Source: Isurus oxyrinchus (lineage: Eukaryota). Taken from it: a stretch of DNA of 64,000 nt. This document shows positions 1 to 12,478 of this stretch, piece after piece. The notes under the pieces were generated by a model. The model was not told the DNA's origin and did no database searches. It saw nothing but the letters and a program-made list of their open reading frames with translations. The stretch is taken from positions 21,142,001 through 21,206,000 of the forward strand of contig JANJGN010000011.1 in the NCBI GenBank assembly GCA_026770705.1. The letters are read 5' to 3'. Numbering within the stretch: position 1 is the stretch's first letter; each line of letters begins with the position of its first letter. A program made the translations under genes and the position numbers.

Positions 1-277
1 TTGTTCTTATTCACCCTCATTGATTATCACCTATTTCCAAACTCCTCAAATGTGCTGCTTCACTCAGTTCCTTGTTTATCTCCATTACCGCACATTATCT
101 GAATTCCTTCAAATCAGGTTTCTGCCCCATCAAGCATTGAAACTGACTTGGCCTGTGCACGTTATTTTGATTTAATTTAGCTAATAATCCCTTCCTGGAT
201 TTTTGTCCTCCTGTGAAGAACTGCACATTTATCTACACTGAATTCTCAAATGCATTCAAATCCTCCTGTAGCTTATA

Positions 278-690
278 GAACATAGGAAATAGGAGCTCTT
301 TGAGCCTCAAAGAGATGACAGCTGTTGATCTACCTCAACTCCACCTTCCTACACTATCCTCATATCCCTTGGTTCCCTTAGTATGTAAAAATCTATTGAT
401 TTTGGCCTTAAATGTACTCAAGACTGAGCATCCACAACCATTTGGGGGTAGAGAATTCCAGAGATTCACAACCCTTTCAGTGAAGAAATTTGTCCTCATT
501 TCAGCCCTAAATGGCCAATTGTTTATTCTGAGATTATGACCTCCGGATTCTAGACTCCCCTGCCAGGGGAAACATCCTCACTGCGTCTATCCTGCCAAGC
601 CCAAAATAATGTTATATTTCGATAAAATCACTTCTCATTCCTCTAAACTCTGCAAACTATAGATCTAGTATACTCATACTCTCCTTTTAT
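278..690 (-). mobile_element. CR1 LINE 3' fragment, degenerate
   Basis: Reverse complement resembles the CR1 3' ends at 5450-5800 and 10600-10960 (e.g. tctagactcccc, ccagagattcacaaccct). Confidence 0.7.
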
Positions 691-925
691 TGGGAATATG
701 AGGCAAAATAATTCCCTGTTTTCAGGACTTCTGCAAGACATTTGAAGAAAAGTTCCTTTGTTTCAGTTGTATACCTGCCTTTACTTCTGCTCAAGCTGAA
801 TTACAGTGAATAAAGAGATGTAAGCAGGCAGACATTTTTGTTGCATCATGGTGGAGTTGGCTTTGAAAAGTCAATTTATCTTCATTAATCAGTCTTTTGT
901 TTTACCCTTTTTCCATACAAAACAG

Positions 926-1065
926 GTGTGATGGCTGTCAAATGTTTCCAATGAATGGTCCCAGGTTCAAATGTAGAAACTGTGATGATTTTGACTACTG
1001 TGAAAACTGTTTCAAGACTAGGAAACACAATGCAAGGCATACATTTGGTAGAATTAATGAGCCAG
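926..1065 (+). CDS. HERC2: HERC2 exon, ZZ-type zinc finger
   Basis: aacag|G TGT GAT GGC; CDGCQMFPMNGPRFKCRNCDDFDYCENCFKTRKHNARHTFGRINEP; donor CAG|gtgaga. Confidence 0.96.
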
Positions 1066-1527
1066 GTGAGAAGCACTGGAAGGTTGCTTAGTAAAAATAA
1101 ATATATTTTAAAATTACATTTGGATTAAATTACAAATGGATTGTTGCTTCATATCACAAAATCAAAAAAGAATCCAATTATATTTTTCATAGTAATAAAA
1201 TAGCCCACACCAACTTGGCTATACCTACTATATATGTTATGCAGGAACTATGTCACAATTAATAATAATGCTTTGTAATGTTATCAAAAATTGGTCTTAT
1301 ACCATATTAATAATATTAAGTATAATATTTGCTTAAACAAAATATTAAACAATATTCATATAAAATGTTTTGCTTTATATCAGTATTTGCACTTTAAGTA
1401 GCTGTGTGAATAAAAGCCAATTCTATTTCACTCATAACTTTCCAATTCTATAAGTTTCCTTTTGGCAAATCTTTTTCTTTTTGTTAGAAAAAAGTTGTGT
1501 AGTAATAATTTCTATATTGGTTTAAAG

Positions 1528-1718
1528 GACAATCACCAGTATTTGCTGGGCGTTCAGGAAAACAACAGAATAAGCGATATAGCTGTGAGAGAGGAATGTT
1601 GCTAGATGATTGGTCAAGAATTGTGAAGAACTTTGGAGTTTCCTCCTCCGTCAGTCAAGCTTCCCGCCTGATTGATGGCTCTGGGCAGTGTTGGCAGTCT
1701 TCAGGTTCACAAGGGAAA
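1528..1718 (+). CDS. HERC2: HERC2 exon, start of DOC/APC10 domain
   Basis: taaag|GA CAA TCA; GQSPVFAGRSGKQ...DDWSRIVKNFGVSSSVSQASRLIDGSGQCWQSSGSQGK; donor AAA|gtaagt; absent from ORF track. Confidence 0.95.
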
Positions 1719-3265
1719 GTAAGTGAGAAGTCATTAGCATGACCAGTCAATTCTGCCTTATGCATTTGTCTTCCATATACCTTCAGGGTAGATCCATCAT
1801 CTGCTGCTTGTTTCTTCAGAACTTTTCATTCAAATTTAAAATTGGGTTGGTTATGATCTTTCTCAGTTCTTTATCTTCTGTTTTCAGCTGCAGGTTTTAT
1901 CTCTCTCAGCAGGAAAAAAATCCCAAATCTTTTTTGCTTCGGGGAAGCTGAATCTAATTTGTTCAGTTTCATTGAGGTCCTCGACTCAATGAAACATGTT
2001 TAACATTGTTAAAATAACACTTGCTCGCTGCTATTTTCTTGAAATTAGGTGTTTTTGTGCATGTTTACAAAGAGTTTCAAATGTCTCTTGTCGTATGGGA
2101 CTCTTTGATGTGAATCAAATAACTTTTTAGTCGGTTTACGTTTGACCAGTGCATCTTCACTCACTGAATCCTAGTCTTAGAACTCTGGGTTGAAATACCC
2201 TGGCTCCATGATTGTGAGCTTGGAGGCAGAGCTGGGAAAAGAGGGGGAGCTGCGTTGGCATTCCCGTTGCCGATGATCTTTTCCGGAGGCGGGCTGGGAA
2301 TCTGATTAGCTATGTGGAGGCGGGAAGATTGTTAAGGCCCCAGTTATAGCTGATTTTGTGATCTTGCTGGCATTTTGCCACCACGGACTGTATGAGGGGC
2401 CTGCCAGCTCAGTGAAGGTGGCCTCCCTGTGGCAGGCTGGAGGGCCATCAGAGCCAGCAGCTTCACAAGGGGGATTTGAAAGAAAGAACTTGGAGTTGTA
2501 TAACTCTCTTATGACTTGATGAAGTCTGTAAGCCCTTCACAGCAAATGAAGTATTTAAGTGTAGCTACTGAGAATGTTGGGATATGAGACTCTCCCACAA
2601 CACCTGAAGTGTCTATACTGAAGTATCTATACCGTAGTATCAGGTAAATTATTTTGCCAGATTCAAGGAGTTTTGACTAAGCAGAGAGTGCTGCCATTCA
2701 GACACCTAAATTACTGCTGCTTTTGACCAATGCACTGGCATATCTTTTGTCTGGCACAATTTATCTTTGCAGCATTCGGTAAGCTTACTGTAAGATGTTT
2801 AAGATATTGGTGATGATTGAGGCTTTTTGATTTTGTCAGAGGTATATTCAACTTGTTCTGTCACATTCTGTTGGTTATTTTGTACAAATTTTGCCTTCCG
2901 TGTGGTGTTTAGTAGATAGTTGTAGGTTTGATCGGGTTCAGATCTCTTTTCATTTACAGTAGTCAAGATACGCCTAATGGTCCAACTGGCCAACAAGAAA
3001 TCATTGATCTTTTATTTACACCACAAGGGTACAGAGCGAGCACTTGGGAGGGCGCTATGATGATCCAAACCAATATTTTGCTACCTGTTGCATCAGACTA
3101 GCTTTGAAGAATATTATTTGGATTTTAGATTCGCTTTACTACCCCATCATGATTGTGTGAGCAAATAAGTTATTTTCAGCACCAGCACTTGGTCTTGGTG
3201 TATTTTGTACCTAAAGAAGTTAAGAAAAATCAAAGATAATGTAACTATGGAAAATAGTAAGAGTA

Positions 3266-4127
3266 TTTTTTTTTATTCATTGATGGGATGTGAGCATTGC
3301 TGGCTCAGCCAGCATTTATTACCCATCCTTAATTGCCCTTGAGAAGCTGCTGGTGAACTATCATCTTGAACCACTGCAGTCCATGTGATGTAGGTACACC
3401 CACAGTGCTGTTACAGAGGGAGTTCCAGGATTTTGTCACAACGACCATGAAGGAACAACAATATACTTCCGAGTCAGGACAGTGAGAGGCTTGAAGGAGA
3501 ACTTCCAGGTGATGGTGTTTCCATCTATCTGCTGCCCTTGTCCTTCTAGATGGTAGTGGTCATGAATTTGGAAGATGCTGCCTAAGGAGGATTGGTGAGT
3601 TCCTGCAGTGCATCTTGTAGATGGTATGCACTGCTGCCACTGTGTGTTGGTGATGGAGGGAGTGAATGTTTGTGGATGGGGTGCCAATCAAGCGGGCTGC
3701 TTTGTCTTGGATGGTGTCAAGCATCTTGAGTGTTGTGAGAGCTGCTCTCATCCAGGCAAGTGGAGAGTATTCCATCACACTCATGACTTATGCCCTCCTA
3801 GATGGTGGCAGACTTTGGGAGTCAGGAGGTGAGTTACTTGCTGCAGTATTCCTAGCCTCTGACCTGCCCTTGTAGCCATAGTATTTGTATGGCTAGTCCA
3901 GTTCAGTTTCTGGTCAATGGTAACCCCCCCCTCCCGGATGTTGATAGTGGGGGATTCAGCCATTGGTAACGCTATTGTTTGTTAAGGGCCGAGGATTCGA
4001 TTCTCTCTTGTTGGAGATGGTCATTGCCTGACACTTGTGTGGTGCGAATGTTACTTTCCATTTGTCAACCCAAGCCTGGATATTGTCCAGGTCTTGTTAA
4101 ATTTGGATATGGACTGCTTCTAAATCA
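3266..4127 (-). mobile_element. LINE family B (CR1/L2-group non-LTR retrotransposon), 3' fragment
   Basis: Minus-strand peptides GVTIDQKLNWTSH and LDTIQDKAARLIGTPS; same family as 15014, 16455, 24303 and 49944. Confidence 0.85.
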
Positions 4128-4889
4128 GAAACCTAATTAATTAAATTAAATAAAATAAAGCTGGCATGGCATGTGATATGGTGCAGCTATAGCATGTAGG
4201 AGGCGGTGGGCATCTGTGATCCACAGCAACCACATTTGTGGTAAGTGTCCACTCAGAGTTGATGACCAAAAGCCTGAGCTTTGGACATTGCAATGCATCA
4301 GGGAGGGGGAAAGTTATCTGTGCTTAAGGAGGCAGTCACATCGCTTAGGCAAAGTACTTCAGATTTGGTCGGTGGTCAGGGACAGGAGGGTGCAACTGCA
4401 AGTGAGGCAGGTATGAGGATCCAGAAGGTAGCAATGGAAGAGCCTCAGCACCTGCAATTGTCCAACAGGTTTGATTTTCTTGCAGCTTGTGTGGATGAGA
4501 GCAGGGACTGCAGGGAGGATGAGCAAACTGACCACAGCGCCGTGATGCAGGAAGGTATTCAAGTGTGAGGAGTAAAAAGGAATGTAGTTGTAGTTGCGGC
4601 CAGTATAGTTAGGGAGGTAGATACTGTTCTCTGCAGCTGACAATGTGAATCCTGAAGGCTGTGTTGCTTGCCTGATGCCAGGGTTTGGGACATTTCCTCA
4701 AGGCTGGAGAGGAACTTGGAGCAGGAGGGGGAGGAACCAGTTGCCATGATCCACGTGAGCACCAATGACATAGAAAGGATTAAGAAAGAGGTTCTGCTGA
4801 GTGAATATGAGTAGCTGGGGCTACATTATAAAGCAGAGCCACAAAGGTAACAATCTCTGGATTACTACCTGAGCCACAAGCAAATTTGC

Positions 4890-5800
4890 CAAATTTGCAG
4901 ATGATACAAAAATAGGTAGGAAGGCAAGTGGTGAAGATGATACAAGGAGTCTACAGAGGGATATAGACAGGTTAACTGAGTTAGCAAAAACTTGGCAGAT
5001 GGAATATAATGTGGGAAAATTTGAGGTTATGCACTTTGGCAGGAAGAATAGAGGTGCTGAATATTATTTAAATGGAGAAAGACTGCAGAAGGCTGCAGCA
5101 CAGAAGGATTTGGGAGTCCTTGTGCATGAATCCCAAAAAGCTAACATACAAGTTCAACAGGTAATAGGGAAGGCAAATGAGATGTTGGCCTTTCTTTCAA
5201 AGGGAATGGAGGATAAAAATAGGGAAGTCTTGCTAAAACTATACAAGGCACTAGTTAGTCCACACCTAGAATACCGTGAACAATTTTGGTACCCTTACCT
5301 AAGGAAAAATATACTGGCATTGGAGGCAGTCCAGAGAAGGTTCACGAGGATGATTCTGGATATGAAGGGATTTTCGTTTGAGGAACGATAGAGTAGTTTG
5401 GGCCTATACTCATTGGAATTTAGAAAAATGGGAGGCGATTATTGGATCATATAAGATTTGTAGGGGGCTTGGCAGGGTAGATGCTGAGAGGTTGTTTCCC
5501 CTTGTGGGAGAGTCTAAGACCAGAGGGCATAACCTCAGAGTAAGGGAACACCCATTTAAAACCGAGATGAGGAGGAATTTCTTCTCTCAGAGGGTAGTCA
5601 ATCTGGAATTCTTTACTGCAGAGGGCTGTAAGGCTGGGTTGTTAAGTATATTCAAGGCTGAGATAGACATTTTTAAATCAGTAAGGGAATCAAAGGTTAT
5701 GGGGAAAAGGCAAGAAAGTGGATCAGCCATGATCTCATTGAATGGTGGAGCAGACTCAATGGGCAGAATGGCCTACTTCTGCTCCTATGTCTTGTAGTCT
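4890..5800 (+). mobile_element. Younger 5'-truncated CR1 LINE nested in the old CR1 ORF1
   Basis: KFADDTK...MEYNVGKFEVMHFGRKN...LALEAVQRRFTRMI; flanked by near-duplicated aaatt(t/g)gc at ~4882 and ~5801. Confidence 0.85.
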
Positions 5801-6487
5801 AAATTGGCACGGGGAAATAAGATCAGAGAGTTAAATGTGTGACTCAAAGATTGGTGTGGGAGAAACAGGTTTTAATTCATCGGGATAAAAACAAAAAAAC
5901 TGCGGATGCTGGAAATCCAAAACAAAAACAGAATTACCTGGAAAAACTCAGCAGGTCTGGCAGCATCGGTGGAGAAGAAAAGAGTTGATGTTTCGAGTCC
6001 TCATGACCCTTCGACAGAACTTGAGTTCGAGTCCAAGAAAGAGTTGAAATATAAGCTGGTTTAAGGTGTGTGTGTGGGGGGCGGAGAGAGAGAGAGAGAG
6101 GTGGAGGTGGGGTGTGGTTGTAGGGACAAACAAGCAGTGATAGAAGCAGATCATCAAAAGATGTCAACAACAATAGAACAAAAGAACACATAGGTATTAA
6201 AGTTGGTGATATTATCTAAACGAATGTGCTAATTAAGAATGGATGGTAGGGCACTCAAGGTATAGCTCTAGTGGGGGTGGGGAGAGCATAAAAGATTTTA
6301 AAATATTTAAAAATAATGGAAATAGGTGGGAAAAGAAAAATCTATATAATTTATTGGAAAAAAAAGGAAGGGGGAAACAGAAAGGGGGTGGGGATGGGGG
6401 AGGGAGCTCAAGACCTAAAGTTGTTGAATTCAATATTCAGTCCGGAAGGCTGTAAAGTGCCTACTCGGAAGATGAAGTGTTGTTCCT

Positions 6488-7804
6488 CAGGCCCTTAGCT
6501 TCTTCCTCGAACAGAGGCCCGAACAATCCCCATCCACCATTACTCTCCTCCGTCTGGCTGAACTTGTTCTCACGCTGAACAATTTCTCCTTCAACTCCTC
6601 TCACTTCCTCCAAATAAAAGGTGTGGCTATGGGTACCCGCATGGGCTCCAGCTATGCCTGTCTCCTTATGGGGTATGTGGAACATTCCTTGTTCCAGTCC
6701 TACTCCGGCCCCCTTCCACAACTCTTTCTACGGTACATCGATGATTACTTCGGTGCCGCTTCATGCTCTTGTCGGGACTTGGAAAAATTTATTAATTTTG
6801 CTTCCAATCTCCAGCCATCCATCATTTTCACGTGGTCCATCTCTGACACTTCCCTTCCCTTCCTTGACCTCTCTGTCTCAATCTCTGGTGATGGACTATC
6901 CACCAATATCCATTACAAACCCACCGACTCCCACAGCTACCTCGACTACAGCTCCTTACACCCCGCTTCCTGTAAGGACTCCATCCCATTCTCTCAGTTC
7001 CTTCGCCTCCGTCGCATCTGTTCTGATGATGCTACCTTCAAAAACAGTTCCTCTGACATGTCCTCCTTCTTCCTTAACCGAGGTTTTCCACCCACGGTCG
7101 TTGACAGGGCCCTCAACCGTGTCCAGCCCATCTCCCGCGCATCTGCCCTCACGCCTTCTCCTCCCTCCCAGAAACATGATAGGGTCCCCCTTGTCCTCAC
7201 TTATCACCCCACCAGCCTCCGCATTCAAAGGATCATCCTCCGCCATTTCCGCCAACTCCAGCATGATACCACCACCAAACACATCTTCCCTTCACCCCCC
7301 TTATCGGCATTCCGTAGGGATCGCTCCCTCCGGGACACCCTGGTCCACTCCTCCATCACCCCCTACTCCTCAATCCCCTCCTATGGCACCACCCCATGCC
7401 CATGCAAAAGATGCAACACCTGCCCCTTCACTTCCTCTCTCCTCACCGTCCAAGGGCCCAAACACTCCTTTCAAGTGAAGCAGCATTTCACTTGCATTTC
7501 CCCCAACTTAGTCTACTGCATTCGTTGCTCCCAATGTGGTCTCCTCTACATTGGAGAGACCAAACGTAAACTGAGCGACCGCTTTGCAGAACACCTGCGG
7601 TCTGTCCGCAAGAATGACCCAAACCTTCCTGTCGCTTGCCATTTTAACACTCCACCCTGCTCTCTTGCCCACATGTCTGTCCTTGGCTTGCTGCATTGTT
7701 CCAGTGAAGCCCAACGCAAACTGGAGGAACAACACCTCATCTTCCGACTAGGCACCTTACAGCCTTCCGGACTGAATATTGAATTCAACAACTTTAGGTC
7801 GTGA
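6488..7804 (+). CDS. PLE ORF C-terminal part: reverse transcriptase plus GIY-YIG endonuclease (5'-truncated, frame open)
   Basis: KGVAMGTRMG, RYIDD, LPFLDL, CKRCNTC, NLVYCIRCSQCGLLYIGETKRKLSDRFAEH; ORF track 6623..7804; frame extends upstream to the inversion junction. Confidence 0.9.
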   Translation, partial: QALSFFLEQRPEQSPSTITLLRLAELVLTLNNFSFNSSHFLQIKGVAMGTRMGSSYACLLMGYVEHSLFQSYSGPLPQLFLRYIDDYFGAASCSCRDLEKFINFASNLQPSIIFTWSISDTSLPFLDLSVSISGDGLSTNIHYKPTDSHSYLDYSSLHPASCKDSIPFSQFLRLRRICSDDATFKNSSSDMSSFFLNRGFPPTVVDRALNRVQPISRASALTPSPPSQKHDRVPLVLTYHPTSLRIQRIILRHFRQLQHDTTTKHIFPSPPLSAFRRDRSLRDTLVHSSITPYSSIPSYGTTPCPCKRCNTCPFTSSLLTVQGPKHSFQVKQHFTCISPNLVYCIRCSQCGLLYIGETKRKLSDRFAEHLRSVRKNDPNLPVACHFNTPPCSLAHMSVLGLLHCSSEAQRKLEEQHLIFRLGTLQPSGLNIEFNNFRS

Positions 7805-8184
7805 GCTCCCTCCCCCATCCCCACCCCCTTTCTGTTTCCCCCTTCCTTTTTTTTCCAATAAATTATAAAGATTTTCCTTTTCCCACCTATTTCCATTATA
7901 TAAAAAAAACACCCCCACTACAGCTATATCTTGAGTACCCTACCATCCATTCTTAATTAGCACATTCGTTTAGATAATATCACCAACTTTAACTTTAACA
8001 CCTATGTGTTCTATTGTACCATTGTCGTTGACAGGTTTTGATGATCTGCTTCTATCACTGCTTGTTTGTCCATACAACCACACACCCCCCCGCCCCCCCC
8101 CACCTCTCTCTCTATCTCTCCGCCCCCCCCACACACACACCTTAAACCAGCTTATATTTCAATTCTTTCTTGGACTCGAACTCA

Positions 8185-8223
8185 AGTTCTGTCGAAGGGT
8201 CATGAGGACTCGAAACATCAACT
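8185..8223 (+). ncRNA. Minimal type-I hammerhead ribozyme-like motif in PLE tail (variant core CUGUCGA)
   Basis: AGTT CTGTCGA A GGGTC atgag GACTC GAAA CATC AACT; stem I AGUU/AACU, stem II GGGUC/GACUC; mirror copy on - strand at 5983-6021. Confidence 0.6.
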
Positions 8224-8329
8224 CTTTTCTTCTCCGCTGATGCTGCCAGACCTGCTGAATTTTTCCAGGTAATTCTGTTTTTGCTTTTAATTCATCGGGC
8301 ACTGGTGAGGAAAGGGGGAGCCGAAACAT

Positions 8330-8381
8330 TGGGACAGCCTTCATCTGAATCACTCTGGGACAGCCTTCATCTGAATCACTC
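8330..8381 (+). repeat. 26-bp tandem duplication
   Basis: TGGGACAGCCTTCATCTGAATCACTC x2. Confidence 0.9.
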
Positions 8382-8589
8382 TGGGACCAATGCACAGGGG
8401 AATCGTGTAACGAGGACCATTGAGAGGGTTTTAAACTAAGTAGTGGGGGGATGGTATGGGCTTGCTTCAGGGTAGATTTGGAAAGTTGAGGAGAAAGGAC
8501 AAGGCTATAGTGCAGGATAGCAAAACAGGTAATGATAACAGAGACAGAGCCTGCAGAGTGGACCAGCAAATAAGGACGGAGTAAGAAAA

Positions 8590-9062
8590 AATTCCCTGAG
8601 CTGATCGTGCGCTCTTTCGCGCATACAAGCAACAGAGCGCACTCATCTCCCTAAGACTAAGTGCTGCCTCAGGGAGATCGGCTCCACATTAAAAAGTGTT
8701 AGCAACAGAAAAAAATAGTTCCCTGACATTTCCCCTCATGTGACACTGTCACATGAGTTGCGACATGTCCATCACTTTTAGTTACACTTTTATTAAATTT
8801 TTAAAAACCTACATGAAACTTCATCCCACCTGTGGATGAGGTTTCATGCTTTTTCTAATGCCCGCGAGGGCTCCTGGCCTGCCCGCCAACCTTAAGGTTG
8901 GAGGGGCAGGTCCGCTAATTACATTAATTACTTTTGTTAGGCACATTGCTGATTTGGCTGAACCCCAGCCGACCTGAAAATTGAAATGAGGCAGGGTGAC
9001 GTCGGGAGTTCTGCCCGATGTCATCCCGCGTCATTTTACACGTCGGTGAGCGGGAAACCCTG
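8590..9062. mobile_element. GC-rich MITE family fragment
   Basis: Shares catgaaac(c/t)tcatcc...ggatgaggtttcatg palindrome and aaccttaaggtt motif with the copies at 19257, 39262 and 55325. Confidence 0.75.
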
Positions 9063-9294
9063 GCTCATAACACAATCAGGCAGAGTTGATAGGTTTTGTG
9101 GAAGGGAAATCATGTTTGGCAAATTTATTAGAGTTCTTTGAGGATCTAACATAGATAAAATAGATGTAGTGTATTTGAATTTCTAAAAAGCACTTGATAA
9201 GGTGCCACATAAAACATTACTCCAAGATAAGAACTAATGGTGTTGCGGCTGATATATTAGCATTGATAGAGGTTAGCTAACTAACAGGAAGCAG

Positions 9295-9921
9295 AGGCAG
9301 GTTTGTGGTGGGGTGGGTCAGGGGGTGGTGTTGGGTGCCTATAAAATTTTCCGGGTGGTCTCTCTGCCTGCTCCAACGTGTACATAATTTTACGTGAGGC
9401 AGGCGAGGCCGAGGATGGCCCACCCACCCTCGCCTCGTTAAAGTCCTTTATGTGGAGGAAGGAGTTCAGAGGCATGGGAGGACACCCTTAGGTTTGGATG
9501 GGGGGGGTGCCTTCCTCAAGGGCCCTCTTTCCGCATCAGGCACACACCACCCCCCCACCCCCCCCCCAATGTCTGCCCTCACGCGTCTGCCCTCCCTGCT
9601 GTGAGACCTCCTCCTCAGCACCCCCCCCCCCCCCCCCCCCCCCCCATACTTACCTAGTTGAGACTTAGAATCTGGGGACTGCTTGTTGTTCCAATCCTGG
9701 CCGCCGTTGTTGCTGGGACTACAGAGCCACTGGTCAATCAGATTGGCTGGCAGCTTTCTGAAGTGGGAGTTCCATCTGAGTGAGGGGTGGAAGCCACATC
9801 TCCAGCCAATTAATGCTCCACAGAGTGGAGCTGTGGGGCTGCCGTGATTGGTGGGGATGCATTCCCCACTGACTCTTTGGGTGGCAGGGCGGGAAACCCT
9901 GCCATTTGAAAAGTCCTGTCC
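9295..9921. mobile_element. GC-rich MITE-like insertion inside the CR1 RT region
   Basis: CR1 sequence aacaggaagcag resumes as acagagtcagg after a GC/poly-C-rich block with degenerate ggcagg.../...cctgtcc ends. Confidence 0.6.
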
Positions 9922-11076
9922 ACAGAGTCAGGATAATTGGATCATTTTCAGGTTGGCAAACTAACGAGTGGAGTGCCAAAGGGATCAGTGCTGGGGCCTT
10001 AATTATTTAGTATCTATATTCAAATGAAGGGACCGAAGGTATTTTAGCCAAATTTGCTGACGATACAAAGATAGGTAGGAAAGCAAGTTGTGAGGAGGAT
10101 ACAACGGGTCTCCAAAGTGATATAGGTTAATTAAGTGACCAAAAAATTGATAGAATACCATTTGGGAAAATGTGAGGTTGTCCTCTTTGGCAGCAAGAAT
10201 GGAAAAGCAGAATATTATTTCAATGGAGAGAGACTGCAGAATGTTGCAGTGCAGAGGGATCTGGGTGCCCAGATCACAAGAAGTTAGCATACAGGGATAG
10301 CATGGGATAGTAATTAGGAAGGCCAAGGGAATGTGGGCCTTTACTGCAAAGGGGATGGAGTGTAAAAGTAGGGAAGCCTTGCTACAGGGCTTCAGGGAGC
10401 CATTGGTGAGTACTGTGCACAGTTTTGACTTTCTTAATTAAGGAGGGATATACTTGCATTGGAAGCTGTTTAGAGAAAGTTCACTTGGATGATTCCTGGG
10501 ATGAAGGATGTTGTCTTAAGAGGAAAGATTGAGCAGGTTGTGCCTATACTCATTGGAGTTTTGACAAATGAGAGGTGATCTTATTGAAACACATAAGGTT
10601 CTGAGGGGCTCGACAGCGTCTGCTGAGAGGCTGTTTTCACTCATGGGGGAATCTAGATCTAGGGGGCACAGTTTAAAATAAGATGTTGCCCGTTTAAAAT
10701 GGAAATGAGTAATTTCTTCTCAAAAGGATTGTTAATCTTCGGGTTTCTCTTCCACAGAGGGCAGCGGAGGCTGGGTTTTTAAATATATTCAAGGCTGAGT
10801 TAGACAGATTCATGATTGACAAAGCAGTCAAGGGTTATGGGAGGCAGGTAAGAAAATGATATTAAGGCCACAATTGATGAGCCATGATCTTATTGAATTG
10901 TGGAACAAACTCGATGGGCTGAATGGCCGCCTTCTTTTTCTTATGATCGATCTTATGAAAATTATATTATTTGTAAACAGGGTTTACCCATTTAGCTATC
11001 AGATTCATTAAGTGTCTTACATATTTCTAATCTTGCTCTGAATAAAGAGTAAAATGCCAGAAATTAATGAATTTGA

Positions 11077-11616
11077 GGGAGAATTTTTCATATGGCAGGA
11101 AGGGGCGGGGGTGGGTGTAGAGCCAATCGCCGCCAGCGATCACCTGCCCGCTGCCATTTTACGCGGGTGGGCCAATTAAGGCCAGCCCAACATAATGCGT
11201 GGCCAGTAGCGCTCAGCGCTACCTGCATGGGCGGGGGAGGACGGCGAGTCAGAGCTGCCTCGGGGAGATTGAATGGAATATAAAACTTTTCAATAAATAA
11301 AGTAAAAATACATTTAAACATGTCCCCTCGTGTGACAGTGTCACGTGAGCTGGAACATGTTTGTGAAGTATGGAAAATGGTATTTATTTATTTTATCATT
11401 TTATTTATTAAACCTTCAGGAAACCTCATCCCGCCCATGGATAAACTAGTTTAATTACTGTTTTAATGGCTTTAATAGGCCTCTGGTGCACGCTCGCTGA
11501 ACGAAATATCAAAATGATACACAATGACGTCAGAGTGCATGCTTGACATCATCACATGATATTTTATGCGTCAGCATGTCAGGCCTGCCCCGCATGCCGA
11601 CGGCAGTATTCTGCCC
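11077..11616. mobile_element. PIF/Harbinger-like MITE
   Basis: Ends GGGAGAATTTT / TATTCTGCCC; internal sequence shared with the 19257 and 55325 copies. Confidence 0.75.
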
Positions 11617-12279
11617 ATAATTTAGTTACTATTTTGGACATCATAAATACTTCACCATATTGAGTGTCTTCGCATTATATATTTTTGTGATGAGTTTTTT
11701 TTGTTTTTTTTATTGTCTTTTGATCCCATTGCTGACATTATGCTTTGCCATCAGCTGGGATGGCATCCTTTCAGCAGCACTCATTTCTGAGTGATGGTCA
11801 TCTTTGCTAGTCTTAATTATCTTGACAGTTGTACTTCTGTGGGACATGACACTGGGAACAGATTGCTAATTAACTGTTCTGATATGTTGCCTCTGCACCC
11901 CCATGTTGCAGGCATGCTTTCAAGACAAAAGGTAGGGGGGAATAAATGGTTCCCTTTAGCTGATTGAATGGTATAGCTAAGCCTGTTTGAGAAATGATAA
12001 AACTGAATGCATGTGCGATTAGTCTGTTGGAGCGTTCTGTGCAGCTCATAACCGATGCTCATTCCTGTGTTGGTCCAAATCGTCCATTAAGTAAACTTTC
12101 TGAAAATGTATTTTAGTGCCTCTTGTTTGTACAGTTTGTTGCATTTTAGTTCTCTAGTTTCCAGAATATTTGGATTTTTCAGAGTTAAGTGTTATGATCA
12201 GTTCAACAATCTTTATTGCAGCAGTTTTTGGCTTCAACTTTGTTCTCTTAAGCTTACACTTGCACTTTTACTTTACTAG

Positions 12280-12385
12280 CATTGGATTCGCCTGGAGATC
12301 TTCCCCGATGTCCTTGTTCATAGACTAAATATGGTTGTGGATCCTGCTGACAGCAGTTATATGCCTTCATTAGTCGTGGTCTCTG
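12280..12385 (+). CDS. HERC2: HERC2 exon, DOC domain
   Basis: tactag|CAT TGG; [35 protein letters not shown]; donor CTG|gtaagt. Confidence 0.96.
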
Positions 12386-12478
12386 GTAAGTTAAATACCT
12401 TATGTGCCATTTGTATACTCTTGTTTTCGCTTAGGTAAATATGTTTCTGATCAAACACTTGACCATGCTTCGTTTCAG

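Larger units (their letters stand above)
5885..8284 (+). mobile_element. Penelope-like element (PLE), fold-back structure: inverted 3' arm 5885-6488 plus 5'-truncated forward copy 6488-8284
   Basis: 15-bp TSD TTTTAATTCATCGGG at 5870-5884 and 8285-8299; left arm is the reverse complement of the element's 3' end. Confidence 0.93.
4128..10960 (+). mobile_element. Old CR1 LINE sequence (ORF1 with SGNH esterase-like domain, ORF2 remnants), interrupted by nested insertions
   Basis: ORF1-like LQLSNRFDFL...KRNVVVVAASIVR...CCLP...IHVSTNDI (4430-4780) resumes at 5801-5884 and after 8300. RT remnants (SGVPKGSVLGP, KFADDTK) lie at 9960-10070 and the 3' end near 10950. May be more than one copy. Confidence 0.75.

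Noticed and set aside
6621-7478. 285-aa Pro/Ser-rich ORF overlapping the PLE RT
   Set aside because: Alternative frame of a C-rich coding strand with few stops; no recognisable domain.
9644-9656. ATACTTACCT after a poly-C run, similar to the U1 5' end
   Set aside because: Only 10 nt match, it diverges next (AGTT), and it lies inside a MITE rather than at a junction. It is best read as an antisense donor-like motif.
12415-12440. Pyrimidine tract plus TTAG|GTAAAT resembling a recursive splice site
   Set aside because: It is in a 93-nt intron; the resulting 49- and 44-nt pieces are too short for plausible splicing.
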